IMG/VR virus record: IMGVR_UViG_3300024999_000038
Location: 64,001 to 128,000 of that record
Length of the DNA: 64,000 nt
Direction: 5' to 3' (one strand)
Source: a virus
Part shown: piece after piece, positions 57,526 to 64,000 of the stretch
Numbering within the stretch: position 1 is the first letter of the stretch
Layout: every line of letters begins with the position of its first letter
Notes under the pieces: model-generated
What the model was told of the DNA's origin: nothing
The model's database searches: none
What the model saw: the letters and a program-made list of their open reading frames with translations, nothing else
Position numbers and translations under genes: made by a program

Positions 57526-57568
57526 ACAATAAACTACTCTGAGATCATGTCACTGAGTAGTTTATTGT
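57526..57568 (+). terminator. Stem-loop terminator
   Basis: ACAATAAACTACTC...GAGTAGTTTATTGT 14-bp stem. Confidence 0.6.
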
Positions 57569-57587
57569 AGAAATAAAGTATTTTTCC

Positions 57588-57617
57588 TTGACATTATTGC
57601 ACAACTCATGTTATTAT
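57588..57617 (+). promoter_or_regulatory. SigA-type promoter of the repressor operon
   Basis: TTGACA-18-TATTAT with extended TG. Confidence 0.55.
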
Positions 57618-57649
57618 ATATACATTAATGATGTGAAGGAGAGATATTT

Positions 57650-59020
57650 ATGCTTAAAGAAAAATCGGTTGCACTCATGAGGGAACTAAATGTGTTAATT
57701 AAGAAGTATAGTTCAAACGACAAGGTAAGAAAATTAATTGTAGAAGAATTTGATAAAAGAAATATGAAGGGCAGTTTAGCGGTCGGCATCTTAAATGAAA
57801 ATAGAGAGCTATCCACATTAGATATTGATGAAAGCAAAGATGTAATAATGTTATTTATTTTCACTATGAGTATGTATAATGCATTGACATATAAAGAGGA
57901 AGAAGATAAAGAGGCGTTGGGAGAAATTGAAGAAGGGTTAAGAATTGATCCTAAAAATTATTTTACTGAAATTGAAATTGAAAACCTAAATGACTATAAG
58001 TTTGAAAAGAAAATAGACAAAAAAGACGAAGTTATTATTTTCCCCAAAATGAGTAGAATTGCCCCTGATTTCTTTTCAGGCTATATGTCAGGAAAGCATT
58101 TTGCAGAATTAGATGCAGGAAATGAATTTATCTATAATTTTAAGACTCAGCGTGACCCAATTATTGATGTATCTGGAATGAAGAGGATACATTTAAATAA
58201 AACAAATGCAAAAGAAATTAGAGATGGCCTAATCTCAAAGAATCAATTCCCAACTACCATAGTAGTAAATGTTCTTAAAGACGGTGAAGACGAGATATAT
58301 TATGATGAGAAAACAGGCGATTTGTCTATTATTTCAGGTACTAAAAACCTTGTTGATGGAATGCATAGAAAAGTTGGTAATAGTTTGGCTCTCGCTATTG
58401 ATCCAGACTTGGAGTTTAATTGGTTATTAGTTGTAACAAACTATAGTGAAATTAGAGCACAAAAATATATGGTGGAAATTAACAAGCAACAAAAAATGAA
58501 ACAAGAACATATTAAAAATATGGATACTGCCAGTCTTGGAAATATTGTTGTTGATGTTATTAAAGATATCAATAGTTCTGAATTTGCTGGACATATCAAA
58601 GATAGCGACAAGGAATTAGAACATGGAGGTTTAACTAGGAAGTCAATTTTAACTTTAGCAATTGAGGAAATATACAAAGATAAACTTGAAAACAAAACAT
58701 TCATAAAACCTATCGCCAACCACATTACAAACGTTATGGATCATATTATTGCATTGAGAGTTGATGAGTTTATGAAATATCCTGAAGCCACACGTAAAGT
58801 AAGCTATATCAACCACAAGAATATGTTTGCAGGATATGTAGCTTTATCTGAGAGACTATATGGAGTTGAAAAATGGGATGACCTCCTTGAGGAAATTTTA
58901 GATAAAATTGATTTCAGTATGAAAAATTCTTTTTGGGAAGATATTGGATTGGGCAAAGAGTCCGATATGAAGAAAACTACACGAAACAATCTATACGAAT
59001 TCTTTCAAAAATTAATTTAA
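57650..59020 (+). CDS. DndB/DGQHR (ParB-like) domain protein, SPbeta YopQ/SroE-like
   Basis: YNFKTQR...FPTTIVVN...LVDGMHR...EINKQ; 456 aa; directly upstream of a recombinase-fold protein. Confidence 0.7.
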   Translation: MLKEKSVALMRELNVLIKKYSSNDKVRKLIVEEFDKRNMKGSLAVGILNENRELSTLDIDESKDVIMLFIFTMSMYNALTYKEEEDKEALGEIEEGLRIDPKNYFTEIEIENLNDYKFEKKIDKKDEVIIFPKMSRIAPDFFSGYMSGKHFAELDAGNEFIYNFKTQRDPIIDVSGMKRIHLNKTNAKEIRDGLISKNQFPTTIVVNVLKDGEDEIYYDEKTGDLSIISGTKNLVDGMHRKVGNSLALAIDPDLEFNWLLVVTNYSEIRAQKYMVEINKQQKMKQEHIKNMDTASLGNIVVDVIKDINSSEFAGHIKDSDKELEHGGLTRKSILTLAIEEIYKDKLENKTFIKPIANHITNVMDHIIALRVDEFMKYPEATRKVSYINHKNMFAGYVALSERLYGVEKWDDLLEEILDKIDFSMKNSFWEDIGLGKESDMKKTTRNNLYEFFQKLI

Positions 59021-59036
59021 CAAAGGAGACTTTAAA

Positions 59037-60080
59037 ATGACTAAAAATGAAATCATTGATGAAACTAAAATCCAAGAAGTCGAAGAAAAATTAATGTTTG
59101 AAGTTGATCCTGAAGTTAAGGAAGAATTTTTAGAAAAGCAATTAAAATCAACTAGAAGTTATTATCGGTATATTTTAAAACTTGCCGATGAATTTGAAGT
59201 TAAATTAGGAAAACCAATTTACAATTTCAATACTGAAGAAAGAGATGAGTTATTGACTGTTCAATATAAAAACAAAAATATATTTGCATTTCAAACTGTT
59301 TTGTCTCCATTAAAAACTTATGTTGATTTTTGTATATCTCCTAAGAATTTAGTACGACACAATGAAAATCGCTTTAGTAGTATCCTTACTTCAAACTACA
59401 AAGTTTATATCAGTAAACAAGCAAAAGAAAATTCTTATATCCCTTTATCTGAATGTAGAGAATTTCAATCTAAATTAGCGAATTATCAAGACATGTTAAT
59501 TCTTGAATTGCCAAATCTAGGAGTTAGAGGTCGTACTGAAAAAGGAAATACTCTTGAGGAACTGGTTAATCTAAGGGAAAAAGATATTGAATGGGAGAAA
59601 AAGAGATTACATCTTACCAAAAACAATGGTGAAGAAAGATGGATTGAAGTTGATGATTACACTTTAGATTTACTCAAGAAAACCATCAATCAAGATTTTT
59701 ATATATCCAATAATGGATTAAAGACAAAACCGAACGACGATGGGGTATATGAACGTACAGAAAGGGGAAGAATGATTAATAAAACTGAATATGTATTTAG
59801 AATTCCAGGTAAGAATAAACATGGTAAGGTTGAATACCAATTTTTTGCTAGTAGAATCCAACGTATTCAAAAATGGTTAGGTAAACCGTATATTAGCATT
59901 AGTAATCTGTATTTTTCTGCTATTATAGAATACTCAAAGAAACTAAAAGAAGAGAAAGGTGAATTGATTAGAGAAGATTATATTTCAATCAATCAAAGAT
60001 TTGAATTTGGAGAAGATGGTGAGAAATATGTCTTTAAAACTAGAGAGCTTGTTGAATCATATCTTGACGATGAGAGGTAA
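59037..60080 (+). CDS. Tyrosine-recombinase-fold protein lacking catalytic HxxR; putative lysogeny master repressor (YopR/MrpR/SroF-like)
   Basis: SAM-like N-domain (FEVKLGKPIYNF...LKTYVDFC); G..G...EELVNLREKDI; ISNLYFSAII in place of HxxR. Confidence 0.65.
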   Translation: MTKNEIIDETKIQEVEEKLMFEVDPEVKEEFLEKQLKSTRSYYRYILKLADEFEVKLGKPIYNFNTEERDELLTVQYKNKNIFAFQTVLSPLKTYVDFCISPKNLVRHNENRFSSILTSNYKVYISKQAKENSYIPLSECREFQSKLANYQDMLILELPNLGVRGRTEKGNTLEELVNLREKDIEWEKKRLHLTKNNGEERWIEVDDYTLDLLKKTINQDFYISNNGLKTKPNDDGVYERTERGRMINKTEYVFRIPGKNKHGKVEYQFFASRIQRIQKWLGKPYISISNLYFSAIIEYSKKLKEEKGELIREDYISINQRFEFGEDGEKYVFKTRELVESYLDDER

Positions 60081-60085
60081 ATACT

Positions 60086-60490
60086 ATGCAGAACACACTA
60101 TCTGAGATGTGGAGAAAATACAATTTGCTTTTCTCTTTTAAAAATGAGATGAATAAACGAGGGTACGCTAGTAGGGATTTGTATAGTATCCATGTTCAAT
60201 TATGTTTGTTAATGGAATTGATTGAAATCGAAAGTATTGATATCCTAGATGATTTGTTAAAGAAAAAAACTTATTTCAGACTGTTGAGGAAAATCAATAG
60301 AGGTATTGAATATTTACATGAAATTGTAGATTTACCTGAGAATTGGTCACTTAACACTATTGAGAAAGATACGGACGCATGGATTGATCCAAATGTTCTA
60401 ATATTTACTACGAAATCAAAAGTTGCAGTATTCAGTAAATTGTCCCGTAAGAATGATGGAAGTTTGTATATTGATGGAAAATTTCAATAA
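60086..60490 (+). CDS. Hypothetical protein
   Basis: ORF with RBS inside the repressor operon. Confidence 0.55.
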   Translation: MQNTLSEMWRKYNLLFSFKNEMNKRGYASRDLYSIHVQLCLLMELIEIESIDILDDLLKKKTYFRLLRKINRGIEYLHEIVDLPENWSLNTIEKDTDAWIDPNVLIFTTKSKVAVFSKLSRKNDGSLYIDGKFQ

Positions 60491-60504
60491 GAGGTGTATT
60501 TTTT

Positions 60505-60912
60505 ATGAACGTAGGAGAAAAAATTTGCCTATACAAAGAAAGATTAAACTTTAGAGACTATCAAGAATTTGGTAGAGCAGTTGGTATCAGTGGCAATTGG
60601 ATAAATGAAACATCTAAGAAATCAGAGATTAAACAAATCAACGATTTAGGTTATTTGGTTAAATTATGTGGATTTTTAGGAATAACGATAGATGAATTTT
60701 TAAGAGATGATATAATTGAAACAGATGAATCAATTGAACTTAAAATTATTGATGCAAATTCGGAAGATATTGGTATTTTGCTCAATAATATGATATTATT
60801 ACTAGGAAAGGATGGTATAAAAATAGACGGAGCGTTAATGAATGACAAGAGCAAAGAGATTTGTATAGATAGCCTTGCGGTGGTAAGAACACTAGTCAAG
60901 CAACATTTATAA
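60505..60912 (+). CDS. XRE-family HTH regulator
   Basis: MNVGEKI...QEFGRAVGISGNWINE...LVKLCGFLGITIDEFL. Confidence 0.75.
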   Translation: MNVGEKICLYKERLNFRDYQEFGRAVGISGNWINETSKKSEIKQINDLGYLVKLCGFLGITIDEFLRDDIIETDESIELKIIDANSEDIGILLNNMILLLGKDGIKIDGALMNDKSKEICIDSLAVVRTLVKQHL

Positions 60913-60927
60913 TGGAGGTCGATAATT

Positions 60928-61788
60928 ATGGTTCGAAAGAATTACAGGTCTGTAGACACATATGAGATGGATGATATTGAAGTCTACTCATTAGTTAAAA
61001 ATGGTAGTCTAAGGGCATTTCCTTCAAGGTTTTGGGAAGGTGTAATAGGTCTTCAAACTTCCAAGAAAATTCTAAAATATGTTTTCGAAACTCTATTAAA
61101 TTGGTCTATCGAAGACATCAAAGTTAAGGCCACTAGAGATATGTTTGAAGAATATAAATTAGTTGGAATGGTTAGCACTGCATTTGATGGTAGTATGTAT
61201 ATTGCTATTGGAGAAACTTATCCAGAACTTAAAGAATGGGCAGATGAATTATATCAAACAAACGAACATGCTGATTTTGTTTATAGGAAATATTCAGACG
61301 AAGAATTAATTGGTATTCTTCAGGAGAAAGCAAAGGAATTAAAAAGAATACCAAAAGGAGTTGATATGAAAACTCCCAGTAGTGGAATCTATAATAGAAG
61401 ATTTGGCTCATGGGAAAAATCATTGATGAAAGCAGGATTAATTGAAGATATTTATAAGAATGTTGACTTTGAAAAACACTCAAAAGAATCTGTAATATCT
61501 AACTTAAAAGAACTTTTTTCAAACAAAGAGAGAGTGTTAGATAAGAAAGAGATACTTGCTATTTATCCAGAAGGATTAATAAAAGAATATTTTGGAACTT
61601 ATAATAACCTTGAGAAAGTTATTATAAATGAGTATACCAAAAGGGATCTTATCAAAATCTTAAAAAATAAGAAGGGAAAATTAGGTAGAACTCCAAGCAA
61701 TAAAGATATGAAGTTTCCAATGGCTATTGTATTCATAGATAAATTTGGGAGTTGGCAGGAGGCGATTGATAAATTGGAGAAAACTTAA
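60928..61788 (+). CDS. Homing-endonuclease-associated repeat protein (DUF4046-like N-domain)
   Basis: FPSRFW N-domain; repeated YSDEELI..L...LKRIP...RRFGSW / LGRTP...DKFGSW units. Confidence 0.6.
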   Translation: MVRKNYRSVDTYEMDDIEVYSLVKNGSLRAFPSRFWEGVIGLQTSKKILKYVFETLLNWSIEDIKVKATRDMFEEYKLVGMVSTAFDGSMYIAIGETYPELKEWADELYQTNEHADFVYRKYSDEELIGILQEKAKELKRIPKGVDMKTPSSGIYNRRFGSWEKSLMKAGLIEDIYKNVDFEKHSKESVISNLKELFSNKERVLDKKEILAIYPEGLIKEYFGTYNNLEKVIINEYTKRDLIKILKNKKGKLGRTPSNKDMKFPMAIVFIDKFGSWQEAIDKLEKT

Positions 61789-61882
61789 ATTTTTTATATT
61801 AGATATTGAGGTATTATAGAAATATCTCAATAGTACATAATCTGGGATATTATTAAAATATAATTAGAAAGTGAGATAAGTA

Positions 61883-62455
61883 ATGAGGAAAAATCCACTA
61901 AAGCATACTAAATTATTTGTCACATTTATTAGTGTGTTTATTCTCATAAGTAGTACAAATGGAAATCATGTTATAAATAAAGATATAAAGAGTGTTAAAC
62001 ATATTAATAATTATGTAAGGAGTGATGTCTGTGAGACACTAAAGCAAATGAGAAAGCAATACATTGTGAAAGTAAAGCCAAAAGAAAAAGTAGTTACTAA
62101 GAAAGAAAATATATTTCTAGTCACAGTTTATGATCTTTCATTCCAGTCATGCCAGAAGTCAAGAGGCAATTCTGAATATGGCATTACTGCTTCGGGATAT
62201 GACTTGAGAGGCCACACATTATCGTCTGCTAGGATAATTTCTGTAGACCCTACTATTATATCGCTTGGAAGTAAAGTGAGGATTACATTCAAAGAAGATA
62301 AGTATAAGAAGTACAATGGAATCTATACGGCAAGCGATATTGGAGGTGGAATTAAAAATAATAAGATTGATTTGTTTGTTGGAGATAATATTTGGTCTAG
62401 AAAAAATATTAGAGATTTTGGAGTCAGGGAATGTGTTGTAGAAATAATCGAGTAA
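61883..62455 (+). CDS. Secreted 3D-domain (lytic transglycosylase-like) protein
   Basis: Signal-like N-term; GITASG...ISVDP..I.LGSKV...ASDIGGGIKNNKIDLF. Confidence 0.85.
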   Translation: MRKNPLKHTKLFVTFISVFILISSTNGNHVINKDIKSVKHINNYVRSDVCETLKQMRKQYIVKVKPKEKVVTKKENIFLVTVYDLSFQSCQKSRGNSEYGITASGYDLRGHTLSSARIISVDPTIISLGSKVRITFKEDKYKKYNGIYTASDIGGGIKNNKIDLFVGDNIWSRKNIRDFGVRECVVEIIE

Positions 62456-62880
62456 TTAGTTGTAAAACAGTAACAAATTTAGATGATTAAACATATTGTG
62501 AACAAATTAGTAAATGCAAAAATAAATATTAAGGAGATTGATAAACATGGCAGTTAGTATTACAGACTTCCCAGTAAAGAATGATTATAACGCAATGATA
62601 GGTTTGAGATATTTTGATCATAAAGATAGAATTGCAAAAACAAAATTATTAGAAAGAGAGATGACAGAAAAGAAAAAACTAAATAAAGGGAATTTTAGAA
62701 TTTCGTCAAAGGATGATTGTGTTTTCTGTGAGTTTTGGGATAAATCAATTTATTATTAATACATAAAACAAGACAACAAAATATTTTTCAATAAATCTTT
62801 CCATGACACCCTTAATTTACAATGCTCACACGTACAACATTATAATCATAAAATTAAAGAGGAAAGAGTGTGAATTAAAT

Positions 62881-63387
62881 ATGAGAATATATGATAATGT
62901 AGAAACAGTAGTTATTGTTCCGGTTTTAGTAGGGTCGCTCTGTAATAAATGTGGCAATGTTTTTGAACCCAATGATACCAATATACAACCATTAAATACC
63001 CCATTAGTAGGATACGGGAATTTAAAATATGAAATATGCAATGATTGTCAATTAAAATTTATCAAAAGTTTTACAATTGTTCCTACTAATTTTAAAAGTA
63101 GTCCTCATTTCACTTCTTCTTTTGATTTAGACCATGATTTGCACCAAAGTCTCTTCGAAGAGTGGAAGAAAACAGATGTATGGAACTGTGATGAAAACCC
63201 TTGGAAAAGTTATTACAGTGAAGATATTTTAGATCAAGAAAATGAATCTTACGAAGAATATGAGGAATACTATGAAGATATTTCTAATGCAATAGAAGTT
63301 CGTAAACCTTTACATATCAATATTGTAAGGTTAGCAACCGTTCATCAAATTGGATTAGCAAAAAGGTGGTGTGAAAATAATGACTGA
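62881..63387 (+). CDS. Hypothetical Zn-finger protein
   Basis: CNKCG...EICNDC; acidic C-terminal region. Confidence 0.5.
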   Translation: MRIYDNVETVVIVPVLVGSLCNKCGNVFEPNDTNIQPLNTPLVGYGNLKYEICNDCQLKFIKSFTIVPTNFKSSPHFTSSFDLDHDLHQSLFEEWKKTDVWNCDENPWKSYYSEDILDQENESYEEYEEYYEDISNAIEVRKPLHINIVRLATVHQIGLAKRWCENND

Positions 63388-63572
63388 CAATAATAAATCT
63401 ATTCAAGATATTAAAAATATTCAAGAAGAATTAGACAACATTATGGAAAAATATTATTCATGTTGTTTTGAGGCCCATGATGTAAAAGCTTTTAAAAAGT
63501 TTCTAATTGATAATAAGGAAACTTTGATGGATATTATAAAATAGAAGTGGAATGAATTGGAGTAGAAAATAA

Positions 63573-63959
63573 ATGAAAAAACAAAATGAAGACAAATATC
63601 TTCCATACACTAAAAAAGATTTCAGAAAATATTGGTGCTATCCTGATTCAACATTCCCAACATTTCAACCATATGAAATAATTAGACCATTTACAGAAGA
63701 AGAAAAATTAGATTGGACAAAAGGTGAGGACTATGATGAAGAAGTATATTTAGTAAAAAGTTTTGATGAAAATGGATCAATGGATGAATGCTGTGCTTCT
63801 GATAGAGATATTCTTATTGAATGTAAAATTGATCCTGAAACATGGAGAATTTGTTTAATTAATCTGCTTGACAGAATGGAATATTGTGATGATGATATAT
63901 TGGATTTTGTGAGTGAATGTAAAATTGAACAATATATAAAGAAACATTTAAATGATTAA
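63573..63959 (+). CDS. Hypothetical protein
   Basis: ORF with GGAG RBS. Confidence 0.5.
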   Translation: MKKQNEDKYLPYTKKDFRKYWCYPDSTFPTFQPYEIIRPFTEEEKLDWTKGEDYDEEVYLVKSFDENGSMDECCASDRDILIECKIDPETWRICLINLLDRMEYCDDDILDFVSECKIEQYIKKHLND

Positions 63960-64000
63960 AAGGAGTTGAATAATAAAATATGAAATTAAGCGATGAAGAA

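Noticed and set aside
57650-59020. DNA phosphorothioation (dnd) system
   Set aside because: Only a DndB-like domain is present; no dndA/C/D/E, and the context matches a phage repressor operon.
59037-60080. Active prophage integrase
   Set aside because: HxxR and a recognisable catalytic Tyr motif are absent; no attachment junction is visible nearby.
98-63041. Minus-strand ORFs in the track, and short + strand ORFs nested in longer genes (e.g. 6022, 16459, 43960)
   Set aside because: They overlap well-supported + strand genes, lack RBSs and show shadow-ORF composition.
1-64000. tRNA/rRNA genes, IS elements, introns, structural or lysis genes
   Set aside because: No cloverleaf, transposase, intron-split gene or virion gene recognised by eye; a tRNAscan/Infernal run would be needed to exclude small RNAs.

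Overview
AT-rich, gene-dense segment of a large temperate phage or prophage of a spore-forming Firmicute (Clostridia-like host; SPbeta-like gene organisation). Essentially all genuine genes are on the + strand. From 1 to ~50.2 kb is an accessory tract of >100 small ORFs with a few recognisable genes: BRO-N protein tail, XRE regulator, small tyrosine recombinase, two paralogous HNH nucleases, a Rep-like wHTH protein beside an iteron-like region, an MBL hydrolase, YopX, a C5 methylase, uvsE, spoVT and two metallophosphoesterases. About 40 gene junctions in this tract carry a shared 26-bp imperfect palindrome (arm-N6-arm). Five of these sit in a fixed-spacing 65-bp composite site, suggesting a recombinase-built gene-cassette array. 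From 50.3 to 60.9 kb is a regulatory island: mazF-like, homing endonuclease, DUF5317-like, AgrC-like membrane protein lacking a kinase, an unannotated agrD (53978-54094), an HTH-MazF fusion, agrB and a second kinase-less paralog. Next come a gene controlled by a LexA box, a DndB/ParB-like protein, a catalytically degenerate recombinase-fold repressor and an XRE protein (SPbeta yopQ-yopR-yopS-like). The strongest candidate new system is an agr-type cyclic-peptide phage communication module with MazF effectors in the position SPbeta uses for arbitrium. All family calls are by-eye motif recognition; no database searches were run.
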